Below, piece after piece: positions 9,635-20,603 of a stretch of 40,812 nucleotides of DNA (positions are counted from its first letter, which is position 1; each line of letters begins with the position of its first letter). The notes under the pieces are model-generated. The model searched no databases, was not told the origin of the DNA, and worked only from the letters and a program-made list of their open reading frames with translations. Made by a program: the position numbers and the translations under genes. The stretch comes from Blastocatellia bacterium (GTDB taxonomy: Bacteria; Acidobacteriota; Blastocatellia; UBA7656). The stretch spans positions 1 to 40,812 of the forward strand of contig DASYSA010000642.1 of assembly GCA_036003885.1 (NCBI GenBank). The letters are read 5' to 3'.

Positions 9635-9662
9635 TTGCCCGGCATCCGGTCGTGTGTATAAT
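9635..9662 (+). promoter_or_regulatory. Candidate sigma70-type promoter for the kinase gene
   Basis: TTGCCC (9635-9640), a 16-nt spacer, then TATAAT (9657-9662). It begins immediately after the right arm of hairpin B. A 7-bp hairpin TGACCTC/GAGGTCA (9743-9765) lies in the presumed 5' UTR. Confidence 0.3.
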
Positions 9663-9783
9663 CGTCTCAAGCGTTTCGGCAGTTGGAGATCAAGGGTCAA
9701 AGAATAGACCACCCAGCGTCGATGGCTTCTGACACCTACCTTTGACCTCATCTCTGCAGAGGTCACGCTCAGGTTCAAAACTG

Positions 9784-12261
9784 ATGGTCGGAAAGACGAT
9801 ACTCCACTACCGCATCCTCAAAGAGATTGGGAAGGGCGGGATGGGTGTCGTCTATAAGGCCGAAGACACCAAGCTTCACCGGGCCGTCGCCATTAAAGCG
9901 CTCTCGGCAGACCTGGTCGGCGACCAAAAAGCGCGCAGCCGCTTTATGCGTGAGGCCCGAGCCGCTTCTGCCATCGATCATCCGAATATCTGCACAGTCT
10001 ACGAAATCAACGAAGTCGATGGGGTCCTCTTTTTTGTGATGCCATTTGTCGAGGGCAAGACGCTGAAGAAGTTCATAGGCGGGCGGCCGGTGCCGCTCGA
10101 TCTGGCGCTGGAGTTCTCACTGCAGCTCGTAGATGCTCTCGCCGAGGCTCACCGATCCAACGTTCTTCACCGCGACATCAAGTCTTCAAACGTGATGCTG
10201 AACGAAAGGAATCAAGTTAAGGTCCTCGATTTCGGTCTCGCGAAGCTCACCGACGCGGACGCACAGGGTGAGCCAGAGTTTCCAGGTGGAGGTGATATCA
10301 CCCAGCTTGGTACTCCCTTCGGCACGGCGAGCTACATGTCGCCCGAGCAAGCGAAGGGCGAAGCGGCCGACGCCCGTTCAGATCTATTTTCTCTCGGCAT
10401 AGTTATGTACGAGATGTTCACGGGCCGGCTTCCGTTCAAGGGCAAGTCCTCAGTGGAAGTAATGCACGCGGTCATAAACGACGAACCTGCGCCACTTGGG
10501 GACGAGGCGCCCCCGGGACTTCAGACGACAATGACCAGGTTGCTGGCGAAGAATCCCGCCGCGCGCTATCAAACAGCCGGCCAGGTTCTGGAAGATCTGC
10601 GCGCGCTCGTTCGCGGTCACTACGCTGAGAAGGGAGTCATTCCTGCCGACAAGTCCGCCTCGTTCGGGGCATCGACTCAGCGTGAGAAGGGCAAGGGCCT
10701 GATCGGCCGCGCAAAAGACTGGGTCCAACGAACCTTCAGCGTCGCGGCTCCGCAAAGGGATGAGGTCAGCTCGGGGACGCCGTCGGCCACTCCCGACCTG
10801 ACGCCTTCCGCCTGGCAGTCGCGAGACAAGCAGGCGATTGCGATTCTACCGTTCAAGAACCTGTCGGGAAGCCCCGAGACTGAGTTCTACAGCTTCAGCC
10901 TGGCCGACAGCGTCATCACCGAGCTTGCTCAGCTTCACGAGTTGATTGTCCGGCCCTCATCTTATATCGCTCAGTACCAGAACAAGGATGTCGATCCCCG
11001 AATCGTCGGCACGCAGTTGGCAGTCGATGCCGTGTTGATCGGCGGATACCTCAAAGCCGGCGACCGGTTTCGCGTGACGCCTCAACTGGTCGATGTGACT
11101 TCCGGCGAGATCGTATGGAGCGAGAAGATAGACGTGGACGCAAGAGACATCATCACCGTTCAGGACACAATCTCGCGCCGGATCGTCGAGGGCCTTCGGG
11201 TGAAGACCAGCTCCGACGAACAGGAGCGATTGGTGAAGAAGTCGCCAACCGAGAACGCAGAGGGCTACGAGAGCTACCTGAAGGGCCGCACCCTGCTATA
11301 CAAGTTCACCACTCAGACGCTCGATAAGAGTGACCTCGACTCGGCAGTATCGATGTTCAATAACGCAATCAAGCAAGACCCCAACTTCGCGCTGGCCCAC
11401 AGCGGGATTGGCGTCTGCCTCCTCGAGTTTGTGCTGAAGGGCATGGGAGGCCTCGACTACTTTGGTAGGGCGAAAAAGTCATTTCAGCTCGCCCTGCAAA
11501 CAGACTCGACCCTGGTCGAGCCGCGGGTCAGATTGGTCTACATCGATTTGATTGAGGGCAAGAGCGAGAGGGCTCGCGCGGAGATCGCCCGACTGCTCAG
11601 GCACGCGCCGAACGAGCCATCGGTCCATTCTGCCGCGGCTTATGTGTATCGTCTGTCCGGCCAGTACGAGCGCGCGCTGGAACAGTGGGACCTGCTCCTG
11701 AGAATCAATCCGACCGACGTGGTATTTGCAAGTTACAACCGCGCCCGAATCTACATCTACCAGCACGACTACGATAAGGCCGGGGCCTCGATCGCGACGG
11801 GTCTGGCCTTCGAGCCCAATCATCCAAACTTGCGCACCTATGGCGCGCTGGTTGACTACTATCGGGGCGAGATCGAGAAGGCGACGATTGTACTGGAAGA
11901 TGTTCTGGCGAGGAATCCGGACCTCCACTCGCACCCGATTTTTCTGGCATTCTGCTATCTGGCGAAGGGCGATCGGGAGCGGGCGCTGGGCTTGATTGAC
12001 GACCAGGTGCGAGCAACCGGTCTTGCCGATCAGGACGTGGCCTATCGGCTTGCAACCGTGTATGCGATTGACGGAGATTCGGAGCTCGCGTTTGAATGGC
12101 TCGACCGGGCTATTTCGATGGGCAACGAGAACTATCCCTGGTTCACGTCGGATCCCCACTGGACGTCGCTACGGGAGGATCCGCGCCACAAGGCAATAAT
12201 GGAATCGTTGAAGGCCAAATGGGAGCGGGTGATCAGCCAGATCGACTTAACTCAACCTTGA
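9784..12261 (+). CDS. Serine/threonine protein kinase with a C-terminal TolB-N-like and TPR region
   Basis: Hanks kinase motifs are present: GKGGMGVVYKA, VAIK, HRDIKSSNVML, DFGLA, YMSPEQ. These are followed by AILPFKNLSG...FSLADSVITEL and multiple TPR-like repeats. I prefer the ATG at 9784 (MVGKTILHYRI) over the track TTG at 9742. Confidence 0.85.
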   Translation: MVGKTILHYRILKEIGKGGMGVVYKAEDTKLHRAVAIKALSADLVGDQKARSRFMREARAASAIDHPNICTVYEINEVDGVLFFVMPFVEGKTLKKFIGGRPVPLDLALEFSLQLVDALAEAHRSNVLHRDIKSSNVMLNERNQVKVLDFGLAKLTDADAQGEPEFPGGGDITQLGTPFGTASYMSPEQAKGEAADARSDLFSLGIVMYEMFTGRLPFKGKSSVEVMHAVINDEPAPLGDEAPPGLQTTMTRLLAKNPAARYQTAGQVLEDLRALVRGHYAEKGVIPADKSASFGASTQREKGKGLIGRAKDWVQRTFSVAAPQRDEVSSGTPSATPDLTPSAWQSRDKQAIAILPFKNLSGSPETEFYSFSLADSVITELAQLHELIVRPSSYIAQYQNKDVDPRIVGTQLAVDAVLIGGYLKAGDRFRVTPQLVDVTSGEIVWSEKIDVDARDIITVQDTISRRIVEGLRVKTSSDEQERLVKKSPTENAEGYESYLKGRTLLYKFTTQTLDKSDLDSAVSMFNNAIKQDPNFALAHSGIGVCLLEFVLKGMGGLDYFGRAKKSFQLALQTDSTLVEPRVRLVYIDLIEGKSERARAEIARLLRHAPNEPSVHSAAAYVYRLSGQYERALEQWDLLLRINPTDVVFASYNRARIYIYQHDYDKAGASIATGLAFEPNHPNLRTYGALVDYYRGEIEKATIVLEDVLARNPDLHSHPIFLAFCYLAKGDRERALGLIDDQVRATGLADQDVAYRLATVYAIDGDSELAFEWLDRAISMGNENYPWFTSDPHWTSLREDPRHKAIMESLKAKWERVISQIDLTQP

Positions 12262-12313
12262 TCCGATCTTCTATTTTCGGCCTCGGACCCTTGAGGGATG
12301 GTCCGCCTGCCGC

Positions 12314-13285
12314 CTAAGCAGAAATGGGAACGACGCCGAGGGCGTTTTGGAGCCCCTCGATCACCCGGCGCTTGACATCCTCGTAATCACCTTCGATTCG
12401 ACATCCAGCGGCGTTGCGATGGCCGCCCCCTCCGAACGTCTCAGCCACTTTGGCGACGTTGCTCTTCCCTTTAGAGCGGAGGCTCACGCGATAGACTCCC
12501 GGAGCGAATTCCTTGAAGAAGGCGACCGCTTCTACTTCATCAATAGACAGCGCATGATTCACGATGCCGTCCGAGTCTTCTTCTGAGGCTTCCGCCTGGC
12601 ACATTGTCTCGCGGTCCATCGCGATCCAGGCAATCCGGCCCGATTCATCCCTTTCGATGGTAGAGAGAACCAAACCCAGAAGCTTGGTCCGAGAGAACGG
12701 ATAAGAGTAGAACAGCGCCTGTGATATCCGGGCAGGCTCGACTCCGCGACGAACGAGCTCCGAGGCGATCTTGAGCGTTCGCTCCGTGGTGTTCGAGAAG
12801 TGAAAGCTTCCGGTGTCGGTCAACAGGGCGGTGTAGATGCAGTCGGCTATGTCTTTGGTCACGTCGACGCCAAGCGCTTTACACAGATTGTAGATCATCT
12901 CGCCGACAGCCGCGGCGGTAGCATCGATCCAGTTAACATCACCGAAGGGAATGGTCGTCGAGTGGTGATCTATGTTGACCACGAATTGATTCTTGAGGCC
13001 CGGCAGGCCCGGACGTTCAACATCGCTGCACTCGATTATGAATGCCGCATCATAGATCTCCGCTACGTCGGATTGCACCAGGACCAGCTCAGATCCAGGC
13101 AGCACCATATAGGCTGGAGGCACGCGGTCTCTCAGTACGACATCGACATTCTTGCCAAGGCTCTTCAAGATGCAATAGAGAGCGAGACCTGATCCCAGCC
13201 CGTCGCCATCCGGCCGGATGTGCGAAGTGATCATGAAGCGATGCTTCTTTTCGATTAGTTCAACAACCTGACTAAGCATAGTCAA
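12314..13285 (-). CDS. nrnA: DHH-family phosphoesterase (NrnA-like oligoribonuclease/pAp phosphatase)
   Basis: HIRPDGDGLGS, NIDHHSTT and the C-terminal DHHA1 motif GGGGHRNAAG. It is the last gene of the rimP-nusA-infB-rbfA cluster. TTG start at 13285 (alternative ATG at 13279). Confidence 0.75.
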   Translation of the reverse strand: MTMLSQVVELIEKKHRFMITSHIRPDGDGLGSGLALYCILKSLGKNVDVVLRDRVPPAYMVLPGSELVLVQSDVAEIYDAAFIIECSDVERPGLPGLKNQFVVNIDHHSTTIPFGDVNWIDATAAAVGEMIYNLCKALGVDVTKDIADCIYTALLTDTGSFHFSNTTERTLKIASELVRRGVEPARISQALFYSYPFSRTKLLGLVLSTIERDESGRIAWIAMDRETMCQAEASEEDSDGIVNHALSIDEVEAVAFFKEFAPGVYRVSLRSKGKSNVAKVAETFGGGGHRNAAGCRIEGDYEDVKRRVIEGLQNALGVVPISA

Positions 13286-13379
13286 CCACTGACAGCAAAC
13301 ACCCTGACAACTTAACCTGACACCAAACTCTGAAACCTGGCTGAAAAGACCGGTTCCCGGGACCTACTCGAAATCGCAT

Positions 13380-13805
13380 TCACTCCTGACCGTGAGATTC
13401 GGCTAGTTCAATCTCGCCCTCTCGAAGGCCCTCCGGGTCCGCCTCCTGCTCCCGCTGCCTTGCCTTCTCCCCCTCCTCGGTCAGGATCTCCTCGATCCGG
13501 GCCGCAGTCCGAAGCGTATCATCGAAAGCGAAATGCAGTTCGGGGGTTCGCCTTATGCGCAAGGCCGCGCCAAGCTGGTAGCGGATGAAACCCGAAGCAC
13601 GATTAAGAGCTTGAAGAGACTGGGACACTTCTTCTTCGGAGCCAAGAATACTCACATAGATCTTCGCGTGGCGCAGGTCAGGGCTAATCTTTGCGTTAGT
13701 GACGGTAACGAACCCAATCCTGGGGTCGCTCATCTCGCCTGCGATGATCAGACTGACTTCTTCTTTGATCTGTTCGGAGATGCGCTCAGGCCTCCTGCCG
13801 GTCAT
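13380..13805 (-). CDS. rbfA: Ribosome-binding factor A
   Basis: RPERISEQIKEEVSLIIAGEMSDPRIGFVTVTNAKISPDLRHAKIYVS is canonical RbfA. The start is set at M25 of the track ORF (ATG at 13805). Confidence 0.85.
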   Translation of the reverse strand: MTGRRPERISEQIKEEVSLIIAGEMSDPRIGFVTVTNAKISPDLRHAKIYVSILGSEEEVSQSLQALNRASGFIRYQLGAALRIRRTPELHFAFDDTLRTAARIEEILTEEGEKARQREQEADPEGLREGEIELAESHGQE

Positions 13806-13888
13806 ACGTCCCCCGGTTGCCCCCACCGACCCAAGTGAACTGAAGATGCTACCCCGAACGAGCTGAACTTGCAACAACGCTCTCGTAC

Positions 13889-13961
13889 GGGCGGGCCTCC
13901 GTGCCCGCTCCTGATCGGTGCCGTGGTAATCACTCAGGTGGCAGGCAACGGAGGCCCGCCC
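13889..13961. repeat. Perfect 14-bp GC-rich inverted repeat in the infB-rbfA spacer
   Basis: GGGCGGGCCTCCGT (13889-13902) and ACGGAGGCCCGCCC (13948-13961) are exact reverse complements separated by 45 nt. The spacer contains a nested 5-bp helix CCTGA/TCAGG. No U-tract follows on the transcribed (minus) strand. Confidence 0.8.
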
Positions 13962-13979
13962 CTAAACAAGTCGGCAGCA

Positions 13980-16637
13980 TTACAGCGAAGTGGGCGCAAC
14001 CTCTTCGGTTGTGTATGCCTCGATGACATCACCGACCTTCACATCCTGAAACCGCTCCAGCGAGATGCCGCATTCGAACCCCTGTCTCACCTCGCTCACA
14101 TCGTCTTTGAAGCGCTTCAAGGTCTCTATGCGCCCCTCGTAAACAACCACGCTATCGCGCAGCAATCTCACAGTTGTGCGGCGAATTGTGCCGTCGATCA
14201 CGTAGCAGCCCGCTACCTGTCCCACCTTTGGAACCTTGAAGACCTGACGCACCTCAATATGACCTGCGATGACTTCGCGTTTGGTAGCATCAAGAAGTCC
14301 AAGCATCGCCGCCCGGATCTCTTCCTCGACCTTATAGATTACGGTATGCAGCCGAATATCGACGTCCTCTATTTCAGCGATCTCGCGCGCTCTCGTTTGA
14401 GGACGAACGTTGAAACCGATGATGACCGCCACGCGGTTCATGTCTTTTGAAGAGGCCGCAGCCAGCATCACATCCGATTCTGTTATGGCGCCGACGCCTG
14501 ACCTGATTATGCGAATCTTGACCCGTTCGGTAGACAGCTTGTTAAGGCCGTCGCGGACCGCTTCAACCGAACCCTGAACGTCACCCTTGAGGATGACAAG
14601 CAATTCCTTGATCTGGCTCTTGTCGGCAAAGAGCTGTTCGAGCCCTCGAGCTGAAGTTCGCGCGATGGCTGCCAGGCGCGCCTGCATCTGCCGCTGGCTC
14701 GCGATGTGTTGCGCCTGATTTGCCTCTTGCACAACCTGCAGTTGATCGCCCGCGAGCGGCACGCCCTGCAGACCCAGGACTTCAACCGGCGTCGAGGGAC
14801 CCGCGCGCTCAACACTCTCACCCCGATCATCGAACATGGCCCGGACTCGTCCGAACACCTGACCCGCAATGAACGGGTCGCCTATCTTGAGGGTCCCCTG
14901 CTGCACGAGCACGGTGCCCACTGCACCTCGGCCTTTATCGAGCTTGGCTTCCAGTACAACACCCGAAGCCAGGCGATCCGGGTTGCCCTTGAGCTCGAGC
15001 ACGTCGGTGGTCAGGATGATCATCTCCAGGAGGGAGTCGAGATTCTCCTGCTTCTTCGCGGACACTTCCACCATGACCGTGTCGCCGCCCCATTGGTCCC
15101 AGAGCAGTCCGCGGTCGGCGAGCCCCTGCTTCACCCGATCAGGTTGCGCTTCAGGCTTATCGATCTTGTTGATTGCGACGATCATCGGCACTTCGGCGGC
15201 TCGCGCGTGATCGATAGCCTCGAGAGTTTGTGGCATCACGCCGTCATCGGCCGCAACAACCAGCACCACAACGTCGGTGACACGTGCTCCTCTTGCTCTC
15301 ATCATCGTGAATGCTTCGTGACCTGGAGTGTCGAGGAAGACGATTCGACGTTTGCGCTCGGGATCGTCCGGATCGGACACGTCCACCGAGTAGGCACCTA
15401 TGTGCTGGGTGATGCCGCCCGCCTCGCCTTCCGCCACTCGCGTCTTACGAATGGCATCCAGCAACGAAGTCTTTCCGTGATCGACGTGGCCCATGACGGT
15501 AACAACCGGCGCGCGAGGCATTGAGCCTTCTTCGCCCGATTCGATGATCTTCTCTTCCTCGGTTTCGGTGATCATCTCCTCAAACGGGAGGAAGTTGATG
15601 TTGTAGCCGAACTCTTTGCCTATCTCCTTTGCGATATCCTGGTTCAGCGTCTGGTTGATCGTCGCCATCACGCCGCGTTGGAGCAGCATCTGCACAACAT
15701 CTTTGGCTTTGACTTCGAGCTTCTCGGAGAAGTCCTTAAGCGTGGTGCCTTCGATGAGCTTGATCGGTCTGAGTTCGGTAAACACCGGTCTGGTTCTTGG
15801 CTGTACCATGGTGCCGGGGCCGCGCATGTGGCGCGGCACGTCGACATGCTTGCCTTCCTCAGGTCCGCCCTCGCCATGTCCGCGCTTTCCTCTGCGAGTG
15901 CGCTTGCGTGGACGGCCGGTGTCCTGGGGTACGTAGGTGGTTTGCAGCTTGCGAGCCGGCGTATCCGGTACTGTTACGGCCTCGGCGCCGGAGCGAGCCG
16001 ATGCAACTCGTCCCGACCCAGCCGGACTTCCAATTGCGGCCTGAGGCTGCATGGGTCGACCGGGTTGCGGTCTGAGGACCCGAACCTGTGTGCGCGGGCG
16101 CTGTATTGGCGACGGCACGGAAATGCCTGGAACAGATGTAATCGGTTCGCGTGAAGAATCATCGCCTTCAGGCGCATTGATGGCCGGCTCAGGCGCAACG
16201 TCGCTTGATGGTTGTGGCGCGGCGGATACGCCCTGCGGCTGCGGCGGCGGAGCGGCGGCAGCCGGCTTCAATATGCGAACCTTTGGCCTGGCGACTTCCG
16301 GCTCTTGCGGCGCAGACGCAGCCGGCCGCTCGGCAGGCTGGGGTGCGGCGGACTCGGCCTCAACCTCTGTATGCTCGAGCTCGGGCCGGATGTCGACAGA
16401 GGTTTCGGCGGCCTCGGCACGCTTAATGACCTTGACGAGACGAGGGCCAACGGACGGCACCACCTTCTTGGGGAAGTATTTGGTGCGGATTCGCTCGGCC
16501 ACTTCCATCGGAACGGAGTTGGAGGGCACGTTCACATCTATACCCTCGCGCCGCGCATCGTCGATCACGCGCTTATTGTCCAGCTTCAACTCCTTAGCCA
16601 GGTCGTAGATTCTTATCTTTTGGTGTTGCACTGCCAT
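13980..16637 (-). CDS. infB: Translation initiation factor IF-2
   Basis: 885 aa with a Pro/Ala-rich N-terminal region. The GTPase core reads [29 protein letters not shown]. The C-terminal domain is conserved. Confidence 0.95.
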   Translation of the reverse strand: MAVQHQKIRIYDLAKELKLDNKRVIDDARREGIDVNVPSNSVPMEVAERIRTKYFPKKVVPSVGPRLVKVIKRAEAAETSVDIRPELEHTEVEAESAAPQPAERPAASAPQEPEVARPKVRILKPAAAAPPPQPQGVSAAPQPSSDVAPEPAINAPEGDDSSREPITSVPGISVPSPIQRPRTQVRVLRPQPGRPMQPQAAIGSPAGSGRVASARSGAEAVTVPDTPARKLQTTYVPQDTGRPRKRTRRGKRGHGEGGPEEGKHVDVPRHMRGPGTMVQPRTRPVFTELRPIKLIEGTTLKDFSEKLEVKAKDVVQMLLQRGVMATINQTLNQDIAKEIGKEFGYNINFLPFEEMITETEEEKIIESGEEGSMPRAPVVTVMGHVDHGKTSLLDAIRKTRVAEGEAGGITQHIGAYSVDVSDPDDPERKRRIVFLDTPGHEAFTMMRARGARVTDVVVLVVAADDGVMPQTLEAIDHARAAEVPMIVAINKIDKPEAQPDRVKQGLADRGLLWDQWGGDTVMVEVSAKKQENLDSLLEMIILTTDVLELKGNPDRLASGVVLEAKLDKGRGAVGTVLVQQGTLKIGDPFIAGQVFGRVRAMFDDRGESVERAGPSTPVEVLGLQGVPLAGDQLQVVQEANQAQHIASQRQMQARLAAIARTSARGLEQLFADKSQIKELLVILKGDVQGSVEAVRDGLNKLSTERVKIRIIRSGVGAITESDVMLAAASSKDMNRVAVIIGFNVRPQTRAREIAEIEDVDIRLHTVIYKVEEEIRAAMLGLLDATKREVIAGHIEVRQVFKVPKVGQVAGCYVIDGTIRRTTVRLLRDSVVVYEGRIETLKRFKDDVSEVRQGFECGISLERFQDVKVGDVIEAYTTEEVAPTSL

Positions 16638-16688
16638 ATTTAATCCGGGGGCGTCGTGTTAAACAGGCGACAAGTGTCCTGTCGCACA

Positions 16689-18272
<1,584 letters not shown>

Positions 18273-18314
18273 ATCTCTTTCCCTGGAAGCGGATTGGGTT
18301 TCCAGTTCCGCGTC

Positions 18315-18776
18315 CTAAAACTCATACTCGATATTCGCCTTTACGATCTGATCGTAAGGTATTTCAACCTTGCCGACGCTATCGGCATCCAGCGTAACCA
18401 GATTCTGGTCGATGCCGACCAACCTACCCCGAAAATTCCTCTGCCCGTTTATGGGCGTCGAGGCTCTAAGCCTCACCTTCGATCCTGCAAAGCGTTCGTA
18501 ATCGGCCGGCTTGTACAGCCCGCGCTCAACGCCCGGCGAGGAGACTTCAAGGGTGTACCTTTGTTGAAGCACCTCCTCCACATCAAGAAGCAGGCCCACC
18601 TGATTGCTGACCTTTTCACAATCGCCGTGGTTGACACCGCCCGGCTTGTCAATAAAGATTCGCAACACGAAGTTGGCGGCCGGGCCGAGTGCTTCCCAAT
18701 GGACCAACTCCAGGCCCTCGCGGTGCGTTACGCGCGCCACTATTGTGGCTATTGCCTCTTGATCAGCTTCAGTCAT
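18315..18776 (-). CDS. rimP: Ribosome maturation factor RimP
   Basis: LELVHWE...LRIFIDKPGGVNHGDCEKVSNQV...YTLEVSSPGVERGL is canonical RimP. It lies directly upstream of nusA. The start is set at the ATG at 18776 (M31 of the track ORF). Confidence 0.85.
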   Translation of the reverse strand: MTEADQEAIATIVARVTHREGLELVHWEALGPAANFVLRIFIDKPGGVNHGDCEKVSNQVGLLLDVEEVLQQRYTLEVSSPGVERGLYKPADYERFAGSKVRLRASTPINGQRNFRGRLVGIDQNLVTLDADSVGKVEIPYDQIVKANIEYEF

Positions 18777-18786
18777 TATCGCTAAG

Positions 18787-18809
18787 AAAAAAAGTGGGCC
18801 AAGCCCACT
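18787..18809 (-). terminator. Intrinsic-terminator-like hairpin in the rimP-nusA-infB leader (candidate attenuator)
   Basis: Stem AGTGGGC (18793-18799) / GCCCACT (18803-18809) with a 3-nt loop. On the minus strand it is followed by the U-run encoded by A7 at 18787-18793, which ends about 10 nt before the rimP ATG. Confidence 0.55.
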
Positions 18810-18825
18810 TTCTAGCAAGCTTGTT

Positions 18826-18855
18826 ATGATACAACCACGGCCTTCGAAAATGCAA
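18826..18855 (-). promoter_or_regulatory. Candidate promoter for the rimP operon
   Basis: Read on the minus strand: TTGCAT (18855-18850), an 18-nt spacer, then TATCAT (18831-18826). This would place the terminator hairpin within a leader of about 40 nt. The match is weak. Confidence 0.25.
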
Positions 18856-19147
18856 GTACCGTTCAAGAACCCTCGAACCCTTCCCCGCGCTCCCTTCGAT
18901 CGACGACTATCATTCTTCGCTCATTCTTCGCTGGCCGGAAAAGGCACGCGAGCAGCATGCGAGGCTCACTCTCCGAGCCTGGCGCTGGTGGACCGTCAAT
19001 CCGAAACCCTACGCAGAGAAACGTTCGCCGCGGAGACCGCGAGAGGAATCGATGCTCGGCTTTGGCAGCACTCATCTCCTCACATCGACCAACCAGATTC
19101 TTGAATTCCGGCACTTGACCTACCCGCGGATCGAGCGGGCTTGATTG

Positions 19148-19176
19148 TTGACAAGCGATAAGTGCTGCGGGATAAT
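19148..19176 (+). promoter_or_regulatory. Strong sigma70-type promoter for the 19229 gene
   Basis: TTGACA (19148-19153), a 17-nt spacer, then GATAAT (19171-19176), about 50 nt upstream of the start codon. Confidence 0.5.
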
Positions 19177-19228
19177 CAGTTCCGCGAATGCAAGCCTCTC
19201 TGGAAGGCGGGAAACCAGTTCATAATGT

Positions 19229-20593
19229 GTGGGAGGAATCCAGGTGGAAGATGACCGTGAGGATCGGCTTCGGCGACAAATAGAGGAGCTTGTGCGGTCT
19301 CGGCTCGTCGTTCTCGAGCAAGACATCAGCCGCTTACAGAGGGAAGTAAACGAATCATTCACAAAGCTGTTGGAGCGCACCGACGTAGCAACTGCATTGC
19401 CTGAGTCCGATGAGTTGCTCGCTCGAATAGCCGCAGACATTACCACGCAACTGGATACAGCCGGAGCGGAGAGCAGTCGTCTTGGGGCGGACATCGCTCT
19501 GTTGAGAGACTCCATCGTCGAGCTCGATGCCCAGCACACCCAGGCAGAGGTGCTCAATGCGCTGGTCGCAAGGGCCGCAAACTTTGCACCGAGGGTTGTG
19601 TTATTCGTAGTCAAGGGAACAAACGCGCTGGCATGGGCTGCTCGCGGGTTTGAAGAGGGCAACACCGCCATCAGAGGGCTGTCGGTCTCGCTGCAATCCG
19701 ACACCGTACTTCGAGCGGCGCTCAACTCCCAACAGACGTTCTACGGCTCGTCGGATCAGCAGCCCGAGAACCACCTGATTTTCAGCCGGCTGAATAACAT
19801 CGAGCCGCAGCGAGTTCTCGCCGTGACATTGAGAGTACGTAATAAACCGGCGGCTGTCCTCTACGCGGATTCCGGAGAGGATGCCGGGGGCGCCGTCAAC
19901 GTCGAAGCAAACGAACTTCTGGTTCACACCGCAGGTTTGGTGATCGAGCTGGTGTCACTCAGGACACGCATGGCCGAGGGGACCTCCAACACGGGCGCTG
20001 CCGCCAAGGCGGCTCCACAGCCTGCTGTCAGCGGCCCACTGCCCCAACCAGCCCGGACCAGCGCTCCTCTGCCGCAGCCCGCTCATAGCGCTCCATTGAC
20101 GCAACCAACCGGGCCCATCCCTCAAACTCGACCTGGCTCCGGGGAGCTTCCACCTCGAACTGGAGGCTTAGGAGAGCTTCAACCACCTCCGCCGGTATCG
20201 GTAAGGCAGCCTGAGCCGGTTGTTCCAGTCTCAGAGCCGGCGGTTGCTTCGGCGCCATCGCACGCCGGCGAAGCCGCTGCCGTGACGGCGCGTACGGGGC
20301 CGCTCGATGAAGAAGAGAAACTCCACAACGACGCGCGCAGATTCGCGCGTCTCCTGGTCAGCGAGATCAAGCTCTATAATGAGCAGAAAGTTGCGGACGG
20401 CCGGCGCCACAGCGATCTTTACGATCGACTCAAGGAAGACATCGATCGAAGTCGGCAGATGTATGAGAAGCGAGTCAACGCGACGGTCGCGGCGAAGTTC
20501 GACTATTTCTACGATGAACTCGTCAACACCTTAGCTGAAGGTAATCCATCAAGGCTTGGTTCGGATCACCCCGGCCCTTCCGTAAGAGCTTAA
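19229..20593 (+). CDS. Conserved hypothetical protein (coiled-coil N-terminus, GAF-like core, Pro-rich linker, helical C-terminal domain)
   Basis: 454-aa ORF. The Pro-rich linker contains degenerate repeats (PLPQPARTSAPLPQPAHSAPLTQP). The C-terminal block DARRFARLLVSEIKLYNEQKV...DLYDRLKEDIDRSRQMYEKRV looks conserved, but I cannot name the family. An alternative GTG at 19244 has a better-placed GGGAGG. Confidence 0.65.
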   Translation: MGGIQVEDDREDRLRRQIEELVRSRLVVLEQDISRLQREVNESFTKLLERTDVATALPESDELLARIAADITTQLDTAGAESSRLGADIALLRDSIVELDAQHTQAEVLNALVARAANFAPRVVLFVVKGTNALAWAARGFEEGNTAIRGLSVSLQSDTVLRAALNSQQTFYGSSDQQPENHLIFSRLNNIEPQRVLAVTLRVRNKPAAVLYADSGEDAGGAVNVEANELLVHTAGLVIELVSLRTRMAEGTSNTGAAAKAAPQPAVSGPLPQPARTSAPLPQPAHSAPLTQPTGPIPQTRPGSGELPPRTGGLGELQPPPPVSVRQPEPVVPVSEPAVASAPSHAGEAAAVTARTGPLDEEEKLHNDARRFARLLVSEIKLYNEQKVADGRRHSDLYDRLKEDIDRSRQMYEKRVNATVAAKFDYFYDELVNTLAEGNPSRLGSDHPGPSVRA

Positions 20594-20603
20594 CCGATAT
20601 AGA

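Noticed and set aside
12284-12305. Hairpin CGGACC/GGTCCG between the convergent kinase and nrnA genes, considered as a terminator
   Set aside because: The stem is only 6 bp with a 10-nt loop, and no U-tract follows on either strand. This is too weak to call.
18811-19120. Possible tRNA (metY-like), SRP RNA or 6S RNA upstream of rimP
   Set aside because: I found no GTTCRANNC T-loop with matching stems, no acceptor-stem pairing, and only a vague resemblance to the SRP domain IV motif. I cannot support an RNA gene without covariance-model scans.
19120-19725. 201-aa minus-strand ORF rich in Ser/Ala/Thr
   Set aside because: It is antisense to the 5' part of the 19229-20593 gene and runs through its promoter. 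Its composition is low-complexity.
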